Shown here: in pieces, positions 30,772 to 40,720 of the stretch
Position numbering within the stretch: the first letter of the stretch is position 1
Layout of the letters: every line of letters begins with the position of its first letter
Source: a virus
DNA: 64,000 bases
Strand: one strand, 5' to 3'
IMG/VR virus record: IMGVR_UViG_3300025012_000042
Span: 32,001 to 96,000 of that record
Program-made: the position numbers and the translations under genes
Notes under the pieces: generated by a model
Told to the model about the DNA's origin: nothing
Database searches by the model: none
The model's input: only the letters and a program-made list of their open reading frames with translations

Positions 30772-32194
30772 ATATCTATTAAATTCTCTAAATGAACCGT
30801 CTAGAATCATTTGTAGAACTGACTCAAATAAATTGAATAAAGACACACAAATCAATGAATCAATTTATCATTTAATAACTAATGCTGATATTTATGAGAA
30901 TTTAAGTAATTCTGGAATAGATTATACTCAAAATAAATGTCCTACATCAAATATTCAAGTAAAAGAACATCGAAAATATATTGCTATTACTGAAAACAAT
31001 GAAAAATATTTTGCTAAATCAATCAAGGTTATCCAATTTCCACAAATGCTTTCTACTGGATTCATAAACAACTTAATGATTTCTGACACTGAAATTGCCC
31101 TTACAATCTTTCCATTGCCACAAGAAGAGGCTGTGAAGACAGTAAAAAAGAGAATTGATACTAATGAAGCAAATGTAAATTGGAAGGTCGTAAAGAACCC
31201 TAATCAAGAGTTTTATGTAGAAGATGAAATTGTACTAAAACTTCAAAAGACTATGGTTGATCTTATGGGTAATGAAGAAAAACTTTGTATGGTTGGATTA
31301 TATATCTTAATTAAAGGACAAACACTTGAACAATTGGAAACAAAAGCAAAACAAATATCAATGCTTTTGGATGGAATGCAAATTAGGTTTAAATTCGCTA
31401 ATTATGAACATTTTAATTGTTTTAAGAATTTTAGAGCATATAAAGAAATTGATTATGTAAATGAGTTAAAAGTATTTTTGACAAGTGTAATTAGTAATTT
31501 TTATCCATTTGTTAGATATGTATCAGGGGATGGAGTTATTATCGGATATGATTATCAAAATTATCAATTGATTAAAATTAATTTTTCAGAACTCTTCAAT
31601 CTGTCATGGTTTATTTTCGGAATTTCAGGAAGTGGAAAGTCATTTGCTGTAAAGAGCATTGTAAAGAAAATATCTAGTCATAAGAAGATTTATATTCTTG
31701 ATATTACTGGTGAATATGCCAAACTAAAATCAAAGAATATTATCATAATATCTAAAGATTTTGAGAAATTTCTATTATACACTGATTTTAAAGATTGCAT
31801 GATTATAATTGATGAAGCATGGGATATTTTAAAAACTGATAAAGTTATTAAAAGAGTAGTAGCAATAGCGAAAGGATATAGAAAGAGGGGAGTAGGTGTT
31901 TTAGTCTGCACTCAAAACATTGCTGATACAAGTAAAGAGGATATTGAATTAATTATTAAAAACTGTGCTAATACTTTAATTCTTCATTTGACTTCACTAG
32001 AACTTCAACATATTAGCGAATACATGAATATACCTCATCATATTATTGATTATCTTTCTAGGATTGAAAAAGGACAAGGGTGGATGACCATAGGAACAAA
32101 GCAATATGCTTTTAGACCAATATTTAGTGATGAAGATTACTTGTTATTCAATACTAATTATGAGGAAATGAAAGGGGTTGGTTATAATGGGTGA
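30689..32194 (+). CDS. Compact VirB4-like ATPase
   Basis: Walker A GISGSGKS, Walker B IIIDEAW, GYRKRG, CTQN, KGQG. Confidence 0.8.
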   Translation: MLQYNLYPKANYLLATKEEQTLLRSKFKYLLNSLNEPSRIICRTDSNKLNKDTQINESIYHLITNADIYENLSNSGIDYTQNKCPTSNIQVKEHRKYIAITENNEKYFAKSIKVIQFPQMLSTGFINNLMISDTEIALTIFPLPQEEAVKTVKKRIDTNEANVNWKVVKNPNQEFYVEDEIVLKLQKTMVDLMGNEEKLCMVGLYILIKGQTLEQLETKAKQISMLLDGMQIRFKFANYEHFNCFKNFRAYKEIDYVNELKVFLTSVISNFYPFVRYVSGDGVIIGYDYQNYQLIKINFSELFNLSWFIFGISGSGKSFAVKSIVKKISSHKKIYILDITGEYAKLKSKNIIIISKDFEKFLLYTDFKDCMIIIDEAWDILKTDKVIKRVVAIAKGYRKRGVGVLVCTQNIADTSKEDIELIIKNCANTLILHLTSLELQHISEYMNIPHHIIDYLSRIEKGQGWMTIGTKQYAFRPIFSDEDYLLFNTNYEEMKGVGYNG

Positions 32195-33884
32195 GAAACT
32201 TAGCAAGATTAAAGATTTGGCAATTAAATCAGGTAAATATTCTGCTTTATATAGTGGAAAATTTATTTTAGGTGGATTAGGTTATGCTGTTCAAATTGCT
32301 TCAAACGGAATATTAGGAATGAGTATTCCAGATTATAAATTGCCTAATTTGAAGTTTGGTGATGATAAAACTTCATTAGGAGATAGAGTAGTTTTAACTC
32401 CTAGCAAATTTCTCCTTAAAGGAAATGGTATAGTGGTTGGTAAGGATTTTAATACAAAGAATGTAATTAGTTATCCAATAGATCATTTTGACGATCTTTG
32501 TAAACATTCTATTTATGTTGGTGCTCCTGGAAGTGGCAAATCAAATTTAGCAGAAAATGTAGCCATTCAAATATCTAAAATTAATAATTTACAAAACTTT
32601 AATACAGCAGGATTTTGTGTTATAGATGTTGCAGATGGGGCCTTGATTGATAATGTTTTATTGTCTATTCCAGAAAATAGATTAGATGATGTAGTTTTAT
32701 TAGACTTCTCTAATAAAGACTTTCTACCAGGAATTAATCTCTTAGAATTTGATGAAAAAGTAGAGAAACAATTTCCACACTTTATTCATGCTGAAATAAT
32801 CTCATTCTTTAAAAAGCGATTTGGTGAACAAATTGGTTTTGCAAGTGAGGATCTTTTATCAAACTCACTCAATGCTATTCTGAAGCAAACAGATTATCCA
32901 AAAACACTTTTAGGAATTATTAAAATGTTAACTGAGGTAGATTATAGAGAACAAATATTAAAATCATTAAGAAAAAACAAAAGAAATGCTTCTGTTGTTA
33001 GATATTGGGATAGATTTGAAGCACAATCACCATCTGTAAAAAGAGATATCGTCAAACCTCTGTTAAACAAGGTTGGCAATCTTACTAATAACGATTATTT
33101 AAAATCTATTATATGTCAAAACAAATCTACCATTGACTTTAGAACAATAATGGATGAAGGCAAAATTCTATTGATTAAAGCTCCTAAAGTTGCAGTTGGT
33201 AAAGTTAATATAGAAATATTAATACCACTAATCCTTTCAAAATTTTGGATATCTGCATTATCAAGATTTGATATTACTGACAAAAACCAAAGAAGACCTT
33301 TTATGCTTTTTCTTGACGAGCCACAAATGTATTTGTCAAATGAAGCAGGAATTGAAGAAATGCTAACAGAATCAAGAAAATACCGACTATGCTCACATTT
33401 TTTCTTTCAGTCTCCAGAACAAACTCAACTTCAATCTGTCATTAGAATGATGTTAGAAGTGCATCCTCAGATTATATCATTTGCTATAGGTAGGGGTGGC
33501 GCACAGACGTTGTTTAAAGAATTTGAAACAGGTGATGAAGAAAAAGATATGTCCATAAGATATACAATTCTTAATCTACCTAAATATCATGCTTTGTGTA
33601 GATTCTTATATAAGAATGAAAAGAGTGTATCTATTATTAAATGTGATCCTCCCACTAAACCTTTGCGAAAAAAAGTACCCGATATTATTACTGAAAATAG
33701 TCAAATGTATTTACGTTCTGTTGATGAAATTATGGAAGAAATTCTTGAATCAGATTATATCCCAGAACCAGATTTTAGTTTAATAGAGGTGAACAATAAT
33801 GAACAGCAAAGATTTAATGTTGAAGAAGTTGACTTTAGGAACAAAGTTTCAAGATTTAACAAACCGAGATTTAGAGATAATTAG
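32187..33884 (+). CDS. Type IV coupling protein-like (VirD4/TrwB) ATPase
   Basis: KHSIYVGAPGSGKS, PGINLLE, STIDFRTIMDEGKILL, LFLDEPQ, ESRKY. Confidence 0.8.
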   Translation: MGEKLSKIKDLAIKSGKYSALYSGKFILGGLGYAVQIASNGILGMSIPDYKLPNLKFGDDKTSLGDRVVLTPSKFLLKGNGIVVGKDFNTKNVISYPIDHFDDLCKHSIYVGAPGSGKSNLAENVAIQISKINNLQNFNTAGFCVIDVADGALIDNVLLSIPENRLDDVVLLDFSNKDFLPGINLLEFDEKVEKQFPHFIHAEIISFFKKRFGEQIGFASEDLLSNSLNAILKQTDYPKTLLGIIKMLTEVDYREQILKSLRKNKRNASVVRYWDRFEAQSPSVKRDIVKPLLNKVGNLTNNDYLKSIICQNKSTIDFRTIMDEGKILLIKAPKVAVGKVNIEILIPLILSKFWISALSRFDITDKNQRRPFMLFLDEPQMYLSNEAGIEEMLTESRKYRLCSHFFFQSPEQTQLQSVIRMMLEVHPQIISFAIGRGGAQTLFKEFETGDEEKDMSIRYTILNLPKYHALCRFLYKNEKSVSIIKCDPPTKPLRKKVPDIITENSQMYLRSVDEIMEEILESDYIPEPDFSLIEVNNNEQQRFNVEEVDFRNKVSRFNKPRFRDN

Positions 33885-34563
33885 AGTTGTTAGAGATTTA
33901 CAAATTGTTTCAAGGAGCCAACTTCAAATTATGTTCTTTCCTACAAAGCAAAGTTTAACTATCTGTAATAGAAGATTAGCCAAAATAGAGAAATTAGGAT
34001 TTATTAATAGAACTCCTATTACTTTGAACGGTGAATCTTTAATTACTGCTGGAAAATTACTTTGTCTAGCAGGAGGTACTTATATGTCTAAATTGCCATC
34101 TGATTACACTCATCAGTTATTGATGAATGAAATTTATGCTTTGTTATTTAGAGAGCAGAATTTGAATCGAATTATCATTAAACAATACAAACCTGAATTT
34201 GTTTATAAATTTAGGGACAAGGATGAAGGTAAGCAATATATTTTAAGGTCTGATATTTTAACTGTATTAGAGAAAAATGGAATGGATACAACTCTATTAT
34301 TTGAGATAGATGCAGGAACAGAAACAAAGAAACAATTAAGAGAAAAGATTAATATTTATGAAAAAGTATCTATGAAAGTAAAGGGATTTCCTCAACTGTT
34401 TTGGTTGGCAAATGACAAGGGATTCAGAAAATTAATTAGTTTGGACAAGACTGTTAATATAGCAAAAGTAGAAGAATTGAGAGAAAATTTTTATTTATGG
34501 ACAAGGTATCCTGATATGAAAAGGACAAGATTAATTCCTGATATTGTTGTTTGGAAAATTTAG
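33799..34563 (+). CDS. Replication-relaxation (Replic_Relax) family protein
   Basis: wHTH LTNRDLEII..QL..CNRRLAKI; HQL; LRSD; FEIDAGTE; KINIY. Confidence 0.8.
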   Translation: MNSKDLMLKKLTLGTKFQDLTNRDLEIIRVVRDLQIVSRSQLQIMFFPTKQSLTICNRRLAKIEKLGFINRTPITLNGESLITAGKLLCLAGGTYMSKLPSDYTHQLLMNEIYALLFREQNLNRIIIKQYKPEFVYKFRDKDEGKQYILRSDILTVLEKNGMDTTLLFEIDAGTETKKQLREKINIYEKVSMKVKGFPQLFWLANDKGFRKLISLDKTVNIAKVEELRENFYLWTRYPDMKRTRLIPDIVVWKI

Positions 34564-34588
34564 ATGAATGAAATGGTGGTGTGATTAG

Positions 34589-34753
34589 ATGGGATTATTA
34601 GGTAATCTGATTAGTAGTTTTAGCAAACCAGAAATTGATGTTGATGAATTAGTAGATTTTATAGCTGAAGGGACACATATTGACAGAGGAATTATTGAAA
34701 TTATTTTAGAGGCAGAAGATATTTATTTGAGAGAAAAAGGGATTATATATTAG
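34589..34753 (+). CDS. Small acidic protein (54 aa)
   Basis: ORF followed by terminator GAGTGATAGGATGTCACTC-TTTT. Confidence 0.5.
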   Translation: MGLLGNLISSFSKPEIDVDELVDFIAEGTHIDRGIIEIILEAEDIYLREKGIIY

Positions 34754-34883
34754 AGGAGTGGGAGTGATAGGATGTCACTCTTTTCTTTTTAGGATTATTT
34801 TCAATAAATTTTATAAAAACTAGCATTAAATATTTGCAATCTCATAAAATATCATATATTATGTGTGAAAGGGTTGATTTTAG

Positions 34884-36584
34884 ATGATTTTTAAATTTGA
34901 TAAAGTTGGAAATATGGAAGATGTTGGAGATGTTGAAGATACTAAATTGGAAGGAGATATTGAAATGGGTAGGAAAAGTAATAAGGATAAGGATAGGTTT
35001 TCTCGAATGGATGTTGGTGTTGTTAATTCGGTGAAAGAAGAGGTTTTAGGGATGGTAAATGAAACTAAAAGTCAGGTGGCAGTTGGATTTAATGAAATTC
35101 TAGATGATGAGGATATGGTTCAACAACATGAGATGGAATTGGTTAAAGAAATGGAATCTGAGAGTGATAAAATTTGGGATAGAGGGAGCAGAGATGGGGT
35201 TGTTGGGGATAGTGTAGGTGATGATGGTGATGGTGAGAGTGATAAATCTGTAATGTCTGATGAAGAATTGAAGGAGAAAATGAGGGAAAGAAATATGGGT
35301 AATGCTAGTAGTTCTGGTGGGATGCCTGCGTTTGGTAGTTTGAGTGAGAGGGTTAAGATGGAGGATGAAAACAATATCAATGATTTTAGTGATGAAGATG
35401 AAACCAATGAACAAAAAAATGAAGCTCAAAGAAAAAAGGATGAATTGGCTAAAAAAAGAGAAGCAAATAAATTGAAGAAAGAATTTAAAGATAGAGAAAA
35501 ACAATTAGCAATGAAAAAAGAAAGTAACGATAAATCATGGTCGTTTGATAATATATCGGTTGTTATGAGAGATGGTATTCCTTATAAGTTTAATTTATCA
35601 TTATCTGCTTTACAATTGGCAGAAATGTATGGAGTGACAGGACAAATTTATTATCAAAAAAGCATTCAAAGGGGTAGTAAAGTTAGTAAAACCAAAGGGG
35701 AAATTCCTCTTATTAATGTGAAGCACAGTAAGGATATTTTGAATTCTCTTTTAGAAAGTGAAAATGTTGATGGAGGAACCATATATTTAAATTATGCAAA
35801 AGAATACTCAACTCCATTACAGTTTAATTCATCTGATAACACTTTATCTGGTCAATTTCCCTTATCCATAAATGACGGAGGTCACAGACTGGAATCCTGT
35901 TTGCTCTGGTATAATAAATTTCGAAAGGATATGGACTCAATTAAAGATCCTAATGATTTTTATTTTTCGGTAAGTATCTTAAATTTAGATCATGAACAGT
36001 CAGAAAATATATTTGTCGAATTAAATTCTCTCGGACTTCCTGTTTCTAAAACTGCTGTAGCTTATCATGATGTGCGAAACATAAATAACGTTATTGCCAA
36101 AAAAGTTATGAATAATTCATTTCTTCGTGGACGTATTGAATTATTTTCAAATAGTTTGAAAAAAACAAGCAATTGCGTAATGACATTTAATACCTTATTA
36201 AAAGGTTGTTCTATGATGTCTCCTGAAACACCTAGTCAAGTAGAAGAAGCAGGGAATTTCTTGTGTTCTTATTTTAATGAGATTATAGAATTATTTCCTA
36301 AAATATATGGCAATGTCTCATCAGAAACAAGACAAATTGAAAAGGCCAATACGTTTATTGGCGAAGTAATGTTCATCCACGCATTGTTCGGTCTTGCAGT
36401 TGAATTACAATTTGTTGCTGATTGGAAAGATAAACTTAAAAAATTGACACAACCAAGTAGTTTTTTGAGTCGAGATAATGACTTATGGATAAGAAATATT
36501 ACTCGTAATGAAGGTAAATTAATCAATACTAGTAAAACTCAAGATTTTGTGAAGGATCAGTTATTGGCGAAGGTTATGGGTTAG
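34884..36584 (+). CDS. DGQHR/DndB-like (ParB/Srx fold) protein with disordered acidic N-terminus
   Basis: IQRG, LSINDGGHRL, IFVELNS..PVSK; own promoter TTGCAA-17-TATTAT at 34834. Confidence 0.7.
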   Translation: MIFKFDKVGNMEDVGDVEDTKLEGDIEMGRKSNKDKDRFSRMDVGVVNSVKEEVLGMVNETKSQVAVGFNEILDDEDMVQQHEMELVKEMESESDKIWDRGSRDGVVGDSVGDDGDGESDKSVMSDEELKEKMRERNMGNASSSGGMPAFGSLSERVKMEDENNINDFSDEDETNEQKNEAQRKKDELAKKREANKLKKEFKDREKQLAMKKESNDKSWSFDNISVVMRDGIPYKFNLSLSALQLAEMYGVTGQIYYQKSIQRGSKVSKTKGEIPLINVKHSKDILNSLLESENVDGGTIYLNYAKEYSTPLQFNSSDNTLSGQFPLSINDGGHRLESCLLWYNKFRKDMDSIKDPNDFYFSVSILNLDHEQSENIFVELNSLGLPVSKTAVAYHDVRNINNVIAKKVMNNSFLRGRIELFSNSLKKTSNCVMTFNTLLKGCSMMSPETPSQVEEAGNFLCSYFNEIIELFPKIYGNVSSETRQIEKANTFIGEVMFIHALFGLAVELQFVADWKDKLKKLTQPSSFLSRDNDLWIRNITRNEGKLINTSKTQDFVKDQLLAKVMG

Positions 36585-36600
36585 TTTTAAAAAATTGTAA

Positions 36601-36638
36601 AAAATAGAGGTATCTACAATTAAAGTAGATACCTCTAT
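36601..36638. terminator. Terminator at the convergence of the two genome arms
   Basis: ATAGAGGTATCTAC-AATTAAA-GTAGATACCTCTAT. Confidence 0.75.
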
Positions 36639-36646
36639 GCTATTTA

Positions 36647-37971
36647 TTAAATATCCAAATGTCTAACCAATCTTAACTCTCCATAATCGTATTCTTTAGT
36701 CCACTTACTTGTAGTAACATTATTATTATCAATGTCAAATACAACCCTGTGAAAATTATCTTTTCCAAATAAATCTTTAGCATATTCTAACATTCCTAAT
36801 AATATTTCATCCGAAGGTAAAAAATCCTTGAGTGATATAATTCTTATTTCTTTCCACCCACTTTTTATTAATCCATAAGAACGTCTTTTTTCCTTTTCTT
36901 CAAAATCATGTTCACTAATTTGACCATGTATAACTCCTAGTCTATGACCACTACCATCCCATTCTATATAAATATCTTCCTCTAATAATCCCACATCAAC
37001 AAAACATTTTCCGTTCGCATAGTAATTTAATTTCCCATTATATAATTTATTTATGTATCTTTGCTGTTTGGAACTTCTTATATTGCCACCTTTATACATG
37101 GATGCCATTTGTTTTTGTTTTATTTCTTCATTTTGCATTACATTTTCAAATCCGTATTTATCTAAATTTGTTTGCTTGATAACTTTTCTAAATTCTGGTG
37201 ACATAAATATATTTTCTACACCATATCTTTCTAAATTTGTATTTTTAGCTTTGTCTTGAAAAATAGGAACTTGCATATAACTTTTTACACCATATTTATC
37301 AAATATATTTTGCGTAAGTTGCTCTTGAAATTCTTCTGACTCAAATAAATATTCAAATCCATATCTATCAAATTAGTTAATTTAATTTTATCTTTAATCT
37401 CTTCTGATTGTATATGCCACTCTACTCCGTATTTATCCATATTTGTAGTTTTAGCTCTGTTCATCATTTCTTCTGACTGCATTAAATACGGAACTCCATA
37501 TCTTTCAATATTTGTAATTTTAGTTTTCTCTTGTATAGATTTTAATTTCATGGGATGATCTACTCCGTATTTATCAATAAAAGTTTCTTTTCTTTTTATC
37601 GAAGTCTCTTGTAATTCGGTTGTATTTTTTACACCATAAGTTAATAAATTACTTTCATTTCTTTTTTCTATTGAACATGCAACACAACAATCATCTTTTA
37701 TTATACCGTTTTCTTTCTTTCTATTATAGTCACTATATGTTGGAGTTAATAAAGTTTCTCTATTCTCTTTTAAACAATAATCACATAAAACTTCAATTCT
37801 TACTATACTTCTAGGTGTTAAATCTTCTACTTTTACCACTATCTTAGTACCACGTTTAACTACTGATTTACCTTTTTTAGTTATATATCTTGGAATATAA
37901 TATTCCAAATCTTCATAATGTTTTATATTATTTCCCGTCAACCCTACCTCAACCTCTTTTGTTATTAACAT
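36647..37971 (-). pseudogene. Vsr/DUF559-like putative homing endonuclease with TNxxxYG repeats, frameshifted near 37371
   Basis: Adding 1 nt at AAT TT GAT AGA joins 37285-38001 and 36647-37276 (..DRYGFEYLFESEEFQEQLTQNIFDKYGVKSYMQVP..); VDV..IEWDGSGH. Confidence 0.8.
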
Positions 37972-38090
37972 AAATACACCTATCCTTTCTTTTTGCCACA
38001 AGAAACAAATGGGAATAGACCTTATATCGGCAAAATATAAAGTCTATTAATTACACTTATTAATTTTCGAACATCAATAAGAAACCATGA
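37972..38090 (-). ncRNA. Structured leader RNA, copy A
   Basis: AUGGUU-P2(UUCGAA)-GUAAUU-P3-CCCAUUU; loop UUUUGCC pairs with GGCAAAA next to the SD. Confidence 0.65.
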
Positions 38091-38458
38091 AACTATTTAA
38101 CTAACCCCAAACAAAACAAAAAAGAGCCTCAAACAGCTCTTCAAAACTAAAAATACTAAATTCTAACTAATTTACACTCCAAAACCCAACTCCCAACAAT
38201 TCCCACCTCTACAACCCTTGCTACAAACCACTTTTAAATCCACTATTTCAAACAAAATAAAAACATACTTTTATTGGATAATATTATTTTATTTATATAT
38301 TTATTTCAATTCATTTATTACTCTCATCCTCATCCCCTCAAATCATAAAAATCATCATCACTTATATCTTCTTGCATTTGATGAATTATTCTTTTAACTT
38401 CTTTTGACAAAATAAAAGAGAGTCAAACTAACGACTCTCAAAATAAAAATTATTAAAT

Positions 38459-38680
38459 TTATTTGCCTTCCCAAGAACTAACGTCATAGCAATCTTTAAA
38501 AACTCTTCCTTTATTGGTATTATTATATGAATCATCCATTACAATACCATCTTTAACTTCAATATAATAATCTCCATATCCATTAATAAATTGTTCTCTA
38601 TTAAAATCACCGATAAAGTAATACCATTTTTCTTCCTCTTCAATCCATACCATAATATAAACGATGCTTTCTTGTGACAT
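38459..38680 (-). CDS. Hypothetical protein with own promoter and terminator
   Basis: AGGAGG RBS; TTGTAA-17-TATTAT; GAGAGTC/GACTCTC hairpin. Confidence 0.6.
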   Translation of the reverse strand: MSQESIVYIMVWIEEEEKWYYFIGDFNREQFINGYGDYYIEVKDGIVMDDSYNNTNKGRVFKDCYDVSSWEGK

Positions 38681-38782
38681 AAATAAAACCTCCTATATAT
38701 CTTTTATTTATTTGTAATTATAATATCACAATATGTATAGATTTACAAGTTATTATAAAAATTTTATTTATTGCTTTATGAT

Positions 38783-39397
38783 CTAGGCAACTAAAGTATG
38801 TAATTTAGGATAAGAACATATATTATATTTCAACTTCTGCAATAATTCATTTTTTCTCCTTTTACCATTACAATTAAAATATATGTATCTATGCTTCCTT
38901 GGCCTATCCACTAGCATTGTATCTTCTTTATCTTCATGAGCGTGTCTATTATGTTTTATAGTAGATCCATCAATTTTAACTCTGTTTGTTCTCTTTGCAG
39001 TTAGTCCAGTGTATATCCAATTAGTAGCCTGATATACATAACCTACATGACCTTGTTCTGGCTCAGAGTAAGATACTATTATTTCTCTATCTAATAGTTT
39101 AATAGTATTACCTATTAAGAAACTTTCACCATTCTTTGGAACTTTATCATCAACCCATAACCGAGTTAATTCATATACATTTAATTCTTCTTCTCTTCCA
39201 CATATTCCTCTACAAACATTTGGACTAGCAGGTATTCCATATATAATTACACCCACTAAATTATCTGTAAGTATTTCAAATAAACCAAATGCAAATACAC
39301 AAGATGCTTTTCTATGTAGATAATGTTTCTCAATAATTATATCTATAGCTAATTTATATGGAATTTGTTTTATGTAATAATTATCTTTTATGCTCAT
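38783..39397 (-). CDS. Mom-family (GNAT-fold) adenine-modifying enzyme
   Basis: KHYLHR, ELTRLW, KNGES, IVSYSE..GHVGYVYQATNWIYTG. Confidence 0.8.
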   Translation of the reverse strand: MSIKDNYYIKQIPYKLAIDIIIEKHYLHRKASCVFAFGLFEILTDNLVGVIIYGIPASPNVCRGICGREEELNVYELTRLWVDDKVPKNGESFLIGNTIKLLDREIIVSYSEPEQGHVGYVYQATNWIYTGLTAKRTNRVKIDGSTIKHNRHAHEDKEDTMLVDRPRKHRYIYFNCNGKRRKNELLQKLKYNICSYPKLHTLVA

Positions 39398-39529
39398 TTA
39401 ATCCTCCTTTTATTTATGAAAATAGATTGTTTTCCCACAATTTTTAATCAAACATAATATTATCACCTCACTTTGCAATAATTATACATCGTGAGGCAAT
39501 AAATGTAAAGGAATATTTTATTTATTAGT

Positions 39530-40513
39530 TTATAACTCATCTTCGTAATCATAGTCTTCTTCGCTATCATGTTGCTCAATAATATTAAGTTCCAATAATG
39601 CTTTATTATATTTGTCTATACTAATATTAGTAATTCCTAAGTCTTCATTGATTTGCTTGAGAGAAAATGGAATTTTCAGGGACTTTACACATTTTAAATA
39701 TGAATAATATAAAAACAATTTATGATTATTAATTTTATCAACTGTTGTTTGATTTAATATTTTATTTTTCTCTGAATCGTAAAGGATAAAATAATTATTG
39801 TTTAAGTTAATTTCTAATGAACATTCAAGTCTATCATTTATTCTTGCTTTATTAAAATCTTTATCTGACTTAATAATTTTGCTTGCTTGAATATTGCACA
39901 ATATATCTTTAAATCTATCAATAGATTCATCTTTTCTTGAATTACACATAAATCCACAGTCTGAAATCATATCCTTTAGACGAAATTTTATTATATTTCT
40001 CCTATTTTGATTCATATATAAAAAATCTAAAATATATAGAGTTTTATAGTCATTATTATTATTTTTCAATATACTTGATTTACCATTAACATAAAAAAGT
40101 TCATTTGGGATTTTAGATAGATAATCCTGTTTTGATTTCAATGAATCAATTCTAAATATATTATTACGAGCACCTTTCTTTAATTTGTACCCTCCTCCAC
40201 CGCCAGAAGATATATTGTAATAATGACTATCCTCTACGGCATTGTGGTTTTTAATTGAATCAATTTCTAATTTATTGAGTTCTTCTTTGGAATATGCAAT
40301 AGCAATTATTTCTCTATTAAAATTTTCTTTATTATGTTTAAATACTGCTATTTTTAAAAGAGATCCACTTCCTAAATATGTTCTCCAATCATTGGTTAAC
40401 TTCTTTTGACCAATATACTTTCTATTATTAATTTGATTTGTTGTTATGTAAATGAATCCATATGGTTTTATGACTTCTAACTCTTCAATACTATATATCT
40501 TTTCCTCTAACAT
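39530..40513 (-). CDS. GIY-YIG domain fused to a C-terminal HTH-type domain
   Basis: YGFIYITTN..KYIGQK..YLGSG..YYNIS.GG; LKQINEDLGITNISIDKYNKAL HTH. Confidence 0.7.
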   Translation of the reverse strand: MLEEKIYSIEELEVIKPYGFIYITTNQINNRKYIGQKKLTNDWRTYLGSGSLLKIAVFKHNKENFNREIIAIAYSKEELNKLEIDSIKNHNAVEDSHYYNISSGGGGGYKLKKGARNNIFRIDSLKSKQDYLSKIPNELFYVNGKSSILKNNNNDYKTLYILDFLYMNQNRRNIIKFRLKDMISDCGFMCNSRKDESIDRFKDILCNIQASKIIKSDKDFNKARINDRLECSLEINLNNNYFILYDSEKNKILNQTTVDKINNHKLFLYYSYLKCVKSLKIPFSLKQINEDLGITNISIDKYNKALLELNIIEQHDSEEDYDYEDEL

Positions 40514-40720
40514 AATTTAATACATCTCCCTTATATCGTTATTTACATATTTCTTCCAAAATTTGGGCGTGTCAAAACTTTACATAATATATTATTTTAC
40601 TCTTACGTTGCGTAACCTCGTTCCCTACGTAACCCCGAAGGTGTCTCTTAATCCATTACCACTATTACTATTGGTTAAAGTATTATAAGAGGGATAAAGA
40701 TTAAGAGATAATATAAAATA

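Noticed and set aside
35100-35504. Antisense ORFs in the track (also 1761-2093, 52452-53039, 63049-63465 and similar)
   Set aside because: Shadows of real genes with no RBS and biased composition
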